Virus record (IMG/VR): IMGVR_UViG_3300031758_000059
DNA: 20,000 nucleotides
Reading direction: 5' to 3' (one strand)
Source of the DNA: an uncultured virus (IMG/VR IMGVR_UViG_3300031758_000059)
Lineage: Duplodnaviria > Heunggongvirae > Uroviricota > Caudoviricetes > Crassvirales
How positions within the stretch are numbered: the stretch's first letter is position 1; each line of letters starts with the position of its first letter. The position numbers and the translations under genes were made by a program. Below are positions 1-8,739 of this stretch, piece after piece. The notes beneath the pieces are model-generated. The model was not told where the DNA came from. It made no database searches and worked only from the letters and a program-made list of their open reading frames with translations.

Positions 1-1159
1 AAGCTGTTGAGTCTGTAAGCGAAGTAGTGTCAATTAGCTCAGATACAAGATTAGCGTCATACTCAAGTCTTACGGGATTGCCATCCTCGTCAACCATATC
101 ATACCCTTCCGTATAATTTCCATACATCAAGCGGTTACCCATAATGGTCTGCGCTCTTGCAAGTAGTGGTACGTTATCGTATAATCTGAGTAGCTCAGAT
201 TCGGGAAGGATAGTAAATATCTTGCTATTGCTAAATGTATAAGTATAGTCTGTATTATCTGCAAGTCCAAGATTTGCTTTGTCAAGTTTCTCAATCACCT
301 TGACAATACTTGCTCCCGCTTCTTTAAAAAGCAGGTCGATACCAACAACAAGAGGCCCGCCCGTATTGTAGGTGACAATAGCAGCATTGTGCAAATTGAC
401 CATACCCTCGTTGAGATAACTATTTACGCTAAACTCAAATGGGTTAGGCTGAAACGCAGGAGCTGACCACTGAGACGTTGCGCTATACTCGCCATCCTCG
501 TATCTATAACGATAGGCAAAGCAAATAAAGCGAGTCTCTAAAAAGTTATCCTGAGCACCTGTAGTGATAGGTTGGACACCCGGGGCTTCAACGGGTGGTT
601 TCTTGATGACAAGAATAGATTCAGAGGTGAATTGGTCTACATCGGCAACAGGGTCAGGATAATTTCTTTTACGATTAAGAACCCTTGGAGGATTATAATT
701 GTCAGTAAAGAAGATTAGGTTATCAATAATATCAATGCCTGTAATCAAGTATTGCGGATTAAAGTTTAACGTGGTATTCACGCCACCTCCATTGTCAATA
801 CTTACAATATGATACGTTAATATCTGAGAGTATACATTAAATGATACTATCATGTCAAGCTTACCCGTATTACCTACAGGGAAGTTTGAGTCATGGATAA
901 ACCAATAAAGAGTTTCGTTGGCACTGTCGTCAATAGCACCAATACATTTTGCGCTTGAGCTGAGCGGAGTGCCATCAATATATTTTAAAGTAGTTAGCTG
1001 AACATTACCTTTTGTGTTTTCAATAACACCAATCTCAGCATTTTCAGTAGACCCCATGCGTACATTGAGCGCATCAATATACTCTCCGTTTGGAACAAGT
1101 CGCTCGTCCACGACTTTATTCATCCTACCTGCTGTGAAATTTCTTGTAATGTTCGCCAT
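1..1159 (-). CDS. Tail stabilization / muzzle (nozzle)-like protein, N-terminal part; continues beyond left edge
   Basis: Absent from the ORF track because it is truncated. ATG at 1159, 1 nt after the TAA of the upstream gene. It reads MANITRNFTAGRMNKVVDERLVPNGEYIDALNVRMGSTENAEIGVIENTKGN..., resembling the 'MNKD.DERL.PNGEY.DA.N' N-terminus of crAss-like stabilization proteins. Located after two ring-like genes. Confidence 0.75.
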   Translation of the reverse strand, partial: MANITRNFTAGRMNKVVDERLVPNGEYIDALNVRMGSTENAEIGVIENTKGNVQLTTLKYIDGTPLSSSAKCIGAIDDSANETLYWFIHDSNFPVGNTGKLDMIVSFNVYSQILTYHIVSIDNGGGVNTTLNFNPQYLITGIDIIDNLIFFTDNYNPPRVLNRKRNYPDPVADVDQFTSESILVIKKPPVEAPGVQPITTGAQDNFLETRFICFAYRYRYEDGEYSATSQWSAPAFQPNPFEFSVNSYLNEGMVNLHNAAIVTYNTGGPLVVGIDLLFKEAGASIVKVIEKLDKANLGLADNTDYTYTFSNSKIFTILPESELLRLYDNVPLLARAQTIMGNRLMYGNYTEGYDMVDEDGNPVRLEYDANLVSELIDTTSLTDSTA

Positions 1160-1160
1160 A

Positions 1161-2084
1161 TTATTTTAACCACTTGTCCATACCACGCAGGTTCATAAGA
1201 AGTCTGCCCGGATGAATGTTACTCATTCTGATTTTTGCGTTACGAAGAAGTGCAGCTTTCTCTTTACGAGCGCGAGCTACAATATATTCTTGAACGCCAA
1301 GCTTAGAGTTTAGTACCTCATACGTGATATACGCATAGATGTACTTCTCAAATAATTTATTAACCGTTACGTTAGCATCGTTGCCATTCTCCATTCCATC
1401 AGAGATGTATTCGAGAATAACAGATTGACCATACATATCAGAGTTAAAGTTTATTACTCCCATTCGTTGGTCAATAGCAAAGGTTGGGTTGAAGTTAGCT
1501 GTCTCTGTGTTTAAACCATAGCGCTCACCAAGACTATAATCAAAATACCACATGCCATCAACACACCATCCTTCCTGTCCGTTATATCTACTTTGTGGGT
1601 TAAGATATATACTCTTCTTAGTTCCTGCTAAACGCTGCTCATCAATCTCAGAGAACTCAGGAGAAAGCGCATTACCTTCTTGGTCAAATAATATCTTCCC
1701 CGTTTGGTCTTGAAGATAAGCAAGTGAAGAAAGGATTTGAATGTTCTCGGTAAGTGGTCTTAAGTATCCGTCTTTGTAAAGATTTACGCGAACCCAATTG
1801 ACATAATCAGATGGGAGAATATATCTAAGACCATCATCTACTGTAAGCTCTAATACTTTTATGCTTTTAAAAGCATCGTAGTTCAACTCTTGAATAGCAC
1901 GCTTTGCGTGAAATAATATCTTAAATCTCTCTTCATTATTTACAAGAGAGTGATTGCCCGAATACATCAACAAAAAGTTGTTGACAATATCATATAGGCT
2001 TACGTATTGATATGACCCCCAATTCCTATCAATGGGTTGGTTACCGCTATTTTCGTAATACTGATATTGACTAATGTATGCCAT
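1161..2084 (-). CDS. Putative tail ring / head-tail connector structural protein (307 aa)
   Basis: Full ORF. 'FHAKRAIQELNYD...LPSDYVNWVRV...ILEYISDG' resembles tail tubular/ring proteins. Synteny between capsid and stabilization genes. Confidence 0.6.
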   Translation of the reverse strand: MAYISQYQYYENSGNQPIDRNWGSYQYVSLYDIVNNFLLMYSGNHSLVNNEERFKILFHAKRAIQELNYDAFKSIKVLELTVDDGLRYILPSDYVNWVRVNLYKDGYLRPLTENIQILSSLAYLQDQTGKILFDQEGNALSPEFSEIDEQRLAGTKKSIYLNPQSRYNGQEGWCVDGMWYFDYSLGERYGLNTETANFNPTFAIDQRMGVINFNSDMYGQSVILEYISDGMENGNDANVTVNKLFEKYIYAYITYEVLNSKLGVQEYIVARARKEKAALLRNAKIRMSNIHPGRLLMNLRGMDKWLK

Positions 2085-2086
2085 AA

Positions 2087-2827
2087 TTATTGCGATTGTT
2101 TTTGTTCTTCAGCAGCACCAAACTGAACTGCTGTAATCTCACGTATTGACATTCCTGCATACTGAAGTATTTTAGTAATGAGCTTATACTCATCTTCAAA
2201 CGGAACTTCAAAGTCTTGATAGTCAGGTTGAGATTGGTCAAACACAGGCTCACCATTAGTAAGCGTGATGTAAGTCCACTTAGGGTCTTTGGGATATCTA
2301 AAATAATTTGCATCAACTTCGTTGGCAAGATTGATTGTCGCAGGATACACTGTAAGAATACTACCCTCTTGTGTATACGCAGGATACTGCTCTGTTGGTG
2401 CAGTAAGATTAGAAGTAGTAAGCATCGTAATTTTTGTATGCGTTACCTTCTCGGCTTCTCCTTTAAATACACGTGTAAGCCCCGATGCGTCATAACACAT
2501 AATCTTATTAATCATAAAATAGTCGAAGCCTGTTGTAGTTACAGACGGAAGATAAAATCTATTTGTCGCGGGTGTTACTTGTGTAAGCGTTGATGTAAGA
2601 GCAAATAATTCCATGGCTTCTTCAGTAGCTTTTCTGATGTCAGCATACGAAGTGCCCGACATACGAGCATTTTCCATGTTGAGTAACTTATTGTACTCTG
2701 AAAAATATTCTTCAAACACCTCCAACTGAGCCTCTTTTGCGTAGAGGTTAAAATCGGAAGGTGAGATGTATCCGTAATTGTTCTTATTCAGAACAGCTAA
2801 AACGGTATTTCTTACGGAATTTATCAT
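2087..2827 (-). CDS. Putative tail ring / adaptor (tail tubular) structural protein (246 aa)
   Basis: Full ORF 'MINSVRNTVLAVLNKNNYGYISPSDFNLYAKEAQLEVF...YFRYPKDPKW...LITKILQYAG'. The layout is typical of podoviral adaptor/ring proteins. First gene after a terminator plus promoter. Confidence 0.6.
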   Translation of the reverse strand: MINSVRNTVLAVLNKNNYGYISPSDFNLYAKEAQLEVFEEYFSEYNKLLNMENARMSGTSYADIRKATEEAMELFALTSTLTQVTPATNRFYLPSVTTTGFDYFMINKIMCYDASGLTRVFKGEAEKVTHTKITMLTTSNLTAPTEQYPAYTQEGSILTVYPATINLANEVDANYFRYPKDPKWTYITLTNGEPVFDQSQPDYQDFEVPFEDEYKLITKILQYAGMSIREITAVQFGAAEEQKQSQ

Positions 2828-2840
2828 TATAATCTTTTTA

Positions 2841-2848
2841 CAAATATA
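2841..2848 (-). promoter_or_regulatory. Bacteroidota-type -7 promoter element (TATATTTG)
   Basis: Minus strand reads TTTTTTTGTTTATATTTGTAAAAAG, matching the TAnnTTTG consensus and ending 13 nt upstream of the ATG at 2827. Confidence 0.65.
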
Positions 2849-2851
2849 AAC

Positions 2852-2878
2852 AAAAAAAGAGGGTATAGAAATACCCTC
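2852..2878 (-). terminator. Rho-independent terminator
   Basis: Perfect 8-bp stem GAGGGTAT-TTCT-ATACCCTC (2859-2878) followed on the minus strand by T7, about 30 nt after the stop of 2909..3655. Confidence 0.8.
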
Positions 2879-2908
2879 CGTAACCGATTGCTTGCTTATA
2901 TATTAAAC

Positions 2909-3655
2909 CTACAGTAAACTATTTTCAAGCATTTTCAGGGCATCAATACCTTCATCTGTCTTCAGAAACTCAGCCACCGTGAAATAAGGGTCCTGACCAT
3001 AAGGTACAGTTATCATCTTTTTCTTGTTGGAAGCGGTATTAAACCATACCTCTTTCTGCCCGTTTCTGAAGGTCAGCAATTTATTTTCAAAGAACACATG
3101 CACATTTGATTGGTGCTTCAGCTGTGGGTCGTTGAGTATATTAAGGAACCCGTGAGGGTCTTTTTTGGCATATACCAACACATCACGCTTCAGCTCTGCG
3201 GTAGTAAACCTACTTGGGTCTTTTCCAAATAGTACCCTTGAAACCAATTCAAGCTGCTCTACACTAAGCTGACGAGCTTCTACAAGCGCATCAACCTCTG
3301 CGGCAAGCTTCTCAACCTCTTTGGCCGCATCTTTTTCGTGGTCTACCTCGATAAATGTTCTACCATTTAAGGGGTGATAGTGTAAAAACTCCTGTAGAAC
3401 AGGGTTGTTTTTGGGTACTCGAAGGAACCCATTCTCAAATATTACAGGCTCTACAATTGCATTTCCGTCTTGCTCATCCTCAAAAGCAGTCTTCTGATTG
3501 ATGGCATATCTGAGAGGTCTATTAACGTTATTTGCCTCGTCAAACCACAGAAGAGGGAATCTTCTCGTGTTTCTCGAAGGCAAAGTGTAAGATAAGGGAG
3601 CTGAATCCCCTTTTAGCTTATATATCCTGTCTGCAGGAACTAATTTCTGTTTCAT
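2909..3655 (-). CDS. Hypothetical protein following the major capsid gene (248 aa)
   Basis: Full ORF flanked by two terminators. Phage-like composition; no recognisable catalytic motif. Confidence 0.75.
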   Translation of the reverse strand: MKQKLVPADRIYKLKGDSAPLSYTLPSRNTRRFPLLWFDEANNVNRPLRYAINQKTAFEDEQDGNAIVEPVIFENGFLRVPKNNPVLQEFLHYHPLNGRTFIEVDHEKDAAKEVEKLAAEVDALVEARQLSVEQLELVSRVLFGKDPSRFTTAELKRDVLVYAKKDPHGFLNILNDPQLKHQSNVHVFFENKLLTFRNGQKEVWFNTASNKKKMITVPYGQDPYFTVAEFLKTDEGIDALKMLENSLL

Positions 3656-3678
3656 TAGATTTTAATTTAATTAGATTT

Positions 3679-3716
3679 AAAAAGAAGGGGGAGTGTCTTT
3701 AAAGACACCCCACCCT
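3679..3716 (-). terminator. Rho-independent terminator downstream of the major capsid gene
   Basis: Minus strand AGGGTGGGGTGTCT-TTAA-AGACACTCCCCCT then TCTTTTT. GC-rich stem with one bulge and one G-U pair, 12 nt after the MCP stop. Confidence 0.8.
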
Positions 3717-3728
3717 ATATTACTTGTA

Positions 3729-5150
3729 TTATGAACCGTAACGGAACAATACGAAGTTGTTAGCACCCAAGGTACAAACGCAACGCTCAGAAAGGAAGTT
3801 AACCTCCATTGCGTCAAGGTCGCTTGTTTGAGCACCACCCGCAGAACCTGTAATCCAAGTTTTGTATCTGCGGTCTTCAGTCTCAGACGCTCTGTAACGA
3901 ACGTGTAAGAATGGACGCTTAGCGTTCTTGCCAAGGATTTGGTCGTACACGGTAGTTGAACCGGCAGGAACCAAAAGACCTGTAACAGTACCTGCAGCTT
4001 GTGCACCTGTAGGTAATCCACCACGCATAGTTGGGTCGTTCAAGTATTTCCAATCAGACTTGTAGAAGTCGTAACCTCTGCGGAAGCCTGTGAAACCAAG
4101 ATTGAGCGCCATGTCCTTATCGTTGTCGAAAAGACCATAAGACGTACCACCTGTACCGTAGCTGTTCTGAGCAGCAAGCATATCATCAATGTCAAAGCTG
4201 AAGGCACGGTTAACGAAGATTACGTTCTCTTCGATAGAACCTTGCTTGTCAAGACGAGAGATGATGCTGTCGAAATCTACAAGAGTAGTTGGGTTACCAC
4301 CACCCCATACGTTTCCGCGCTCATTTACTACGTAGAAGATACCTTCAGAACCTTTGTTACCAACCTGCGTATTTGCAGTTTGAGTAGCAACACCTGAACC
4401 TGACTCAGCAGGAACAGCCTCAATCATTGCAGTCTCAAGGTAGTCCTCAAAACGCAAGCGAGTCTCGTGCTCACTCTTCAAATACCAAAGGTATCCGGTA
4501 GCTCCGTTCTCAGTTGTTACCTCTACCCATCCAATCTGTGCCATGTCAGAACCGCTTACAGCGTATTTGTCCTTGATGATAATTGGAGAGTTAGAGAAGA
4601 TTTCGTCTTCTGCTTCCAAAGAACCAATCATTCCATTAGTTCCTTTCTTGAACTCAGAACCGTAAATCCATACAGATAATGTATCAGTTGATGCGAAAGT
4701 CTGACCTGCAGCCTCATAGTAAGCTACATCAAAAGTACCTGATGTTGTGTTAACAGCAGTAACGATACCTTTGTTAGAAAGACCTGTGGCATTGTCAGAG
4801 ATGTAAACAGTCTGACCAACACGGATAGCGATACCACTTACGTTAGCATCACTTACAGTGATAGTTGCAGTGTCATCACCTGCGTCTCCGTTAGAAGCAC
4901 AATCAACATACTTAGTATGCAGACGGCCTTGCTCAGCCCACTTAATCATGTCTGAGTTAGATGGCATCTCTGCTCCTACCATACGTAGGAAAGATGCTAC
5001 AGTACGATTACCATAACGCTCAAACTCCTTCTCATAAGTATCAGGAAGATACTGATTAAGGAAGTTGAAGTTGGTAATATAGTTAGTCGATAATGGTACC
5101 TGCTCCGCACTTGGCTGAAGCTGATAACCGGGATTTGGTAAAACAGCCAT
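3729..5150 (-). CDS. Major capsid protein (473 aa)
   Basis: Follows portal and scaffold and is followed by a strong terminator. Motifs 'YLPDTYEKEFERYGNRT..FLRMVGAEMP..SD.I.W.EQGRLH' and C-terminal 'M.VNFLSERC.CT.GANNF' resemble capsids of crAss-related Bacteroidota phages. Confidence 0.85.
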   Translation of the reverse strand: MAVLPNPGYQLQPSAEQVPLSTNYITNFNFLNQYLPDTYEKEFERYGNRTVASFLRMVGAEMPSNSDMIKWAEQGRLHTKYVDCASNGDAGDDTATITVSDANVSGIAIRVGQTVYISDNATGLSNKGIVTAVNTTSGTFDVAYYEAAGQTFASTDTLSVWIYGSEFKKGTNGMIGSLEAEDEIFSNSPIIIKDKYAVSGSDMAQIGWVEVTTENGATGYLWYLKSEHETRLRFEDYLETAMIEAVPAESGSGVATQTANTQVGNKGSEGIFYVVNERGNVWGGGNPTTLVDFDSIISRLDKQGSIEENVIFVNRAFSFDIDDMLAAQNSYGTGGTSYGLFDNDKDMALNLGFTGFRRGYDFYKSDWKYLNDPTMRGGLPTGAQAAGTVTGLLVPAGSTTVYDQILGKNAKRPFLHVRYRASETEDRRYKTWITGSAGGAQTSDLDAMEVNFLSERCVCTLGANNFVLFRYGS

Positions 5151-5160
5151 TTTTTTAGTT

Positions 5161-6255
5161 TTAATTTATTTTTTTAATGCTTCGGATTTTTAGACTCCTT
5201 CCGGAATCCGGTGTCACCGATTTCACCTGCATTCCACCCTTGTTTACAACTTCAGGGGCTCTACGCTCAGACATGTTAATATTTTTTGTCTTACGTAAAA
5301 CATCTTCAGTCGCATCTGCTAAACCCTGTTCATAGAAATGCTTAGCAAACTTTTCGGGATTCATTGCAATTGACAAAGCCCTATGGTATCCTGCAGCGTC
5401 TTTGATAAGACCACTCTCATCCAAAAACTTGTTAATAAAGTTCATCGGAGTTGCTTGAGCCTTCTTCAGTTCTGCTGCTGCACCGGGAGAAAAGACAACC
5501 TTCTTGTCGTTAATGTCGAACTCAAAACCTTTGAAGTCTTTACTAAAGACCTCTTCGGACTTTTGGTCGAACCACTTACGCTTACGCTCGTTTTCCTCCT
5601 GCAGGGTTTTTGCCTGTTGTGTATACTGACGGTACGCTTCAAACTCTTCTTTCTCCTGTTGAGATAAGCTTAGACCACTTGACTCAAGTGGAAACTTGTA
5701 TTTCTCTTTTTGGGAGTTGAAGTAATTTTTAGCCTCCGCAATAGCCTTCTTTCTTGCTATCTTAGTTTTCTTGACCTTAGATTCATCATCGACTTCTTCA
5801 TCGTAAGAATACTCTTCCATGAGGATATCAATGTCTTCTTTGTCAAGACCTTTCTGCGTATCAGCAAGATAATCTCTAAGAAGTTGGTCGGGGTCCATAG
5901 CGTCAAAGTCTTTCTTTAACTTGACAAAGTCATCAAAACCACGCCCTGTTTCCTTCTTAAAATTTAAATAAGCAGCCACGTCTTCAGGGAGCTGTTCACT
6001 CTCTTTGCGTTCTGCCATCAACTCATCAAATGAATTGATTTGCTTATTGTAGCGCTTTCCAATATATGAAAGAACTTTTTCCTCTGATAGCTCCTCTTCC
6101 TGAGCAGGTTCCGGCTCAAGAGAAGATGTGTCAATTTTTACTTCAGGTTCAGCATTTCCACTTACTTCCTCCTCATGCTTCTTTAGAAGCTCTTCTTCTA
6201 CCTGCTGAACACTTTTTTCTTCTACGCCATCAAGAGCACGTACTTTAATTTCCAT
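5161..6255 (-). CDS. Putative capsid scaffolding protein (364 aa)
   Basis: Acidic, E/K-rich, predicted helical/coiled-coil, with a basic C-terminal tail. Located between portal and MCP. Confidence 0.65.
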   Translation of the reverse strand: MEIKVRALDGVEEKSVQQVEEELLKKHEEEVSGNAEPEVKIDTSSLEPEPAQEEELSEEKVLSYIGKRYNKQINSFDELMAERKESEQLPEDVAAYLNFKKETGRGFDDFVKLKKDFDAMDPDQLLRDYLADTQKGLDKEDIDILMEEYSYDEEVDDESKVKKTKIARKKAIAEAKNYFNSQKEKYKFPLESSGLSLSQQEKEEFEAYRQYTQQAKTLQEENERKRKWFDQKSEEVFSKDFKGFEFDINDKKVVFSPGAAAELKKAQATPMNFINKFLDESGLIKDAAGYHRALSIAMNPEKFAKHFYEQGLADATEDVLRKTKNINMSERRAPEVVNKGGMQVKSVTPDSGRSLKIRSIKKIN

Positions 6256-6276
6256 TAGATTAGATTTAATTTGTTA

Positions 6277-6284
6277 CAAATTTA
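6277..6284 (-). promoter_or_regulatory. Bacteroidota-type -7 promoter element (TAAATTTG) for scaffold-capsid transcript
   Basis: Minus strand TTTTTTGTATAAATTTGTAACAA in the 48-nt portal/scaffold intergenic gap. Near-identical context to the 2841-2848 site. Confidence 0.65.
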
Positions 6285-6303
6285 TACAAAAAATGTTACA
6301 TTT

Positions 6304-8739
6304 TTAACGAGGTTCAAACTCGGCTAAGTCAAAACCATCAAGGGTATCCTCATTTGACTCGAAGTTCATTGGAGGTAGGTTGTTCTTTCTTTGGTTTATG
6401 AGCTTAGACTGCTGCGTATTTTGGATAGCAATACGCTTTTCTTTAGCCGTTTCCTTCATATCCTCGCGGGTAGTGATGGCGGTTTCCTTAATACCTGCTA
6501 TTTGCATTTGGTACTTAAACTCCTCGCTCATCAGTATCCGTTTCATCTCAGCCTCAGCCTTCATCTTCTCAATATCAAAAGCCACCTCGGCTTGCTTGAT
6601 TTGCATCTTTGCTTGCGTCTCAAGCTGTATCTTTTGCATAGCCGTTTGCGCAGCAAGCTCCTGAGACTTCAGTTGCTGCTGAGCAATCATTGCCTGCTTT
6701 TGCATCTCCATGCGCTCTTCTCTATCCTGCTTCTTAACTCTTTTAAGCTTGAGAAGCTGATTAGCAAGCTTTATGTTTTTAATCTCTCTAATGTCAATAG
6801 CATCCTCAAGGTTAATGTCACCCTTAGATAATGCCATTTGGATATTAGCTTCAAGCTGAGCTTTCTGCTCTTCGTCCGGAGAAACTTCAATAAAGATGCC
6901 AAAGTCATAGATATATAGGTCGCTTATCTCATTTAAGATAGATACATTGTATTTGCCAATCTTATTGGCGAAGTCGTCTTTAAAGTCAGCGTACTGCAGA
7001 ATATCTGCAACACGGTAGGTAAGGGCCTCGGCAAGAGACCTGTATACGTACAAACCGCCCTCAAGAATATGGCGTGTCGCGGTGTTAGAGTTTAGGGCCG
7101 CAAGCTTTTGAACCCCTACCAATGCGTTCGGGTCAGGCATAGAGCCATCTCTTGCCTCATTCAGTCCTGTCACAGACCGAATCATGTCAAGGTAGTGGTT
7201 GTAGTTAGCTATTAGCATCTGCGTCTTGCTTGCTCCTGAATTAGAAGTAAGCTGTTGAATAGGTACACGAGCATTGTTAAACTCACCTTCCTGCGTGTAG
7301 CTACGCCCAATCACACTACCTGTTTGGAAGTAAAGACGCAGTGCGTCTTCAGGATTATAAGCCTGCCCTGTACCAAGGTCAACCTCATTTAGACCATCAG
7401 CATCGATGAACACACCATCAGGGACAGTGCGTGCAATAACTTGCTGTAGTTTTAAATGGGTTAATTGAATAAGGTCTGCAAATGGTATCATCCTACGCAC
7501 AAGCGATTCAATAACACCTTTGTACATTCTTGGTGCAACTGCAACATAATTCGGCAGCGCATGCTGAGAAGTTGATTTTGGTCTCACCATGTTCTCACTC
7601 ATTTTCCACTTGAGTAAGAAGTTTGTTCCCATTACCATCACACCCTCATACCAAACATCAATTGTCTTTTCAATCTTTTCAAACTTTCCTTCCTCCATCA
7701 TTTCTACAGGAGGATTGAATTGGTCATCTTTTTCAATTATACGTGTACCACCTGTTTCAAGAATCTTCTTCTTGTAAACCATTTTCTTTGTGGTCTTGTA
7801 ATTGAAATATAATAAAGTTGCTGTATCACGATAGAACAAACTATTCTCGTAGAATCTTGCTACGTTGTAATAGTCATACCAACTCTGTGAGTACATTGAA
7901 ATCTCTTGCAATTGCTCACGAGTAAGTGTTGGGTCTATCTTTAATAACTCCGTTATTGGAAGAGTTTTAATTTCTCCCCAATAGAAGCAATCATTAAAGT
8001 AAGGGTCTTCCGTATAGCTGTATACCACATTTGCAGGGTCAACATAAGAGACCTGCACACCTGCTCCGGGTAAAAATTCATGTTTGGCCACACCAATACC
8101 CAAAACGGTAAGGTCATAGTCAATACGCTTACGAGTATCTTGATAATGATTCTCATCAAATATTGTATTGATAGCTTCTTCTTCTGCTATCTCAATTGCG
8201 GGCTTGTAGTTTAATTGCATATACAGCGACAATTCCTCGTCTGTTTCGGGAAGTTCTTCAGGGTCCATTGTAAATGGATTTATCCCTGTAGACTCTTGCA
8301 CCTGCATAAGAACGTCTTTAGCTACCATCTGCCCCTCAATCATATCTTGATACTTGCTGCGCTTCGCTTGTGACATTGCATCTTGTGCATAAGCTTTCAC
8401 TTTGAATAAGCGGTCACTCATACCATTTACAACAATGTCAACAAATTTTGGAAGAATAGGAACAGGAGTCCAATCTAAATTTAGATATGACAAATCTCCG
8501 TCTATTGCAAGTTCATTTTTATACTTCTGAACAGACTGCTCACCACGAGCGTATAAGCGCAGTCTATGAAAATCACGCCATTGATTATAGTATCTACATT
8601 GGTTTCCATCTTTGCGGAACCATTCATATTGAATTGCTTGGCCAACTTGTAGACCAAACGCATCAGAAGCTTTCTCTGCATCAGTTACAAACTGACTTGG
8701 AAAACCGGTTGCGGATATGTTGACTATGACATCTTTCAT
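6304..8739 (-). CDS. Portal protein (811 aa)
   Basis: Directly downstream of TerL with an ATGA overlap. 'PVPILPKFVDIVVNG' and 'IRSVTGLNEARDG' are portal-like segments. Long Q/E/K/M-rich C-terminal coiled coil resembles the barrel of P22/crAss-type portals. Confidence 0.85.
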   Translation of the reverse strand: MKDVIVNISATGFPSQFVTDAEKASDAFGLQVGQAIQYEWFRKDGNQCRYYNQWRDFHRLRLYARGEQSVQKYKNELAIDGDLSYLNLDWTPVPILPKFVDIVVNGMSDRLFKVKAYAQDAMSQAKRSKYQDMIEGQMVAKDVLMQVQESTGINPFTMDPEELPETDEELSLYMQLNYKPAIEIAEEEAINTIFDENHYQDTRKRIDYDLTVLGIGVAKHEFLPGAGVQVSYVDPANVVYSYTEDPYFNDCFYWGEIKTLPITELLKIDPTLTREQLQEISMYSQSWYDYYNVARFYENSLFYRDTATLLYFNYKTTKKMVYKKKILETGGTRIIEKDDQFNPPVEMMEEGKFEKIEKTIDVWYEGVMVMGTNFLLKWKMSENMVRPKSTSQHALPNYVAVAPRMYKGVIESLVRRMIPFADLIQLTHLKLQQVIARTVPDGVFIDADGLNEVDLGTGQAYNPEDALRLYFQTGSVIGRSYTQEGEFNNARVPIQQLTSNSGASKTQMLIANYNHYLDMIRSVTGLNEARDGSMPDPNALVGVQKLAALNSNTATRHILEGGLYVYRSLAEALTYRVADILQYADFKDDFANKIGKYNVSILNEISDLYIYDFGIFIEVSPDEEQKAQLEANIQMALSKGDINLEDAIDIREIKNIKLANQLLKLKRVKKQDREERMEMQKQAMIAQQQLKSQELAAQTAMQKIQLETQAKMQIKQAEVAFDIEKMKAEAEMKRILMSEEFKYQMQIAGIKETAITTREDMKETAKEKRIAIQNTQQSKLINQRKNNLPPMNFESNEDTLDGFDLAEFEPR

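Noticed and set aside
2903..2911. TAG stop followed closely by TAA, suggesting amber recoding as in some crAss-like phages
   Set aside because: All genes are full-length under the standard code with no internal TAG/TGA interruptions, so there is no support for recoding.
3677..4024. Alternative-frame ORF overlapping the MCP 3' end, a possible frameshift-extended capsid
   Set aside because: It extends only about 17 codons beyond the MCP stop, runs through the terminator hairpin, and no slippery site was evident.
6380..6800. Low-complexity Q/A/K/E-rich stretch at the portal 3' end
   Set aside because: Explained by the coiled-coil barrel of the portal. It is not an independent DNA repeat.
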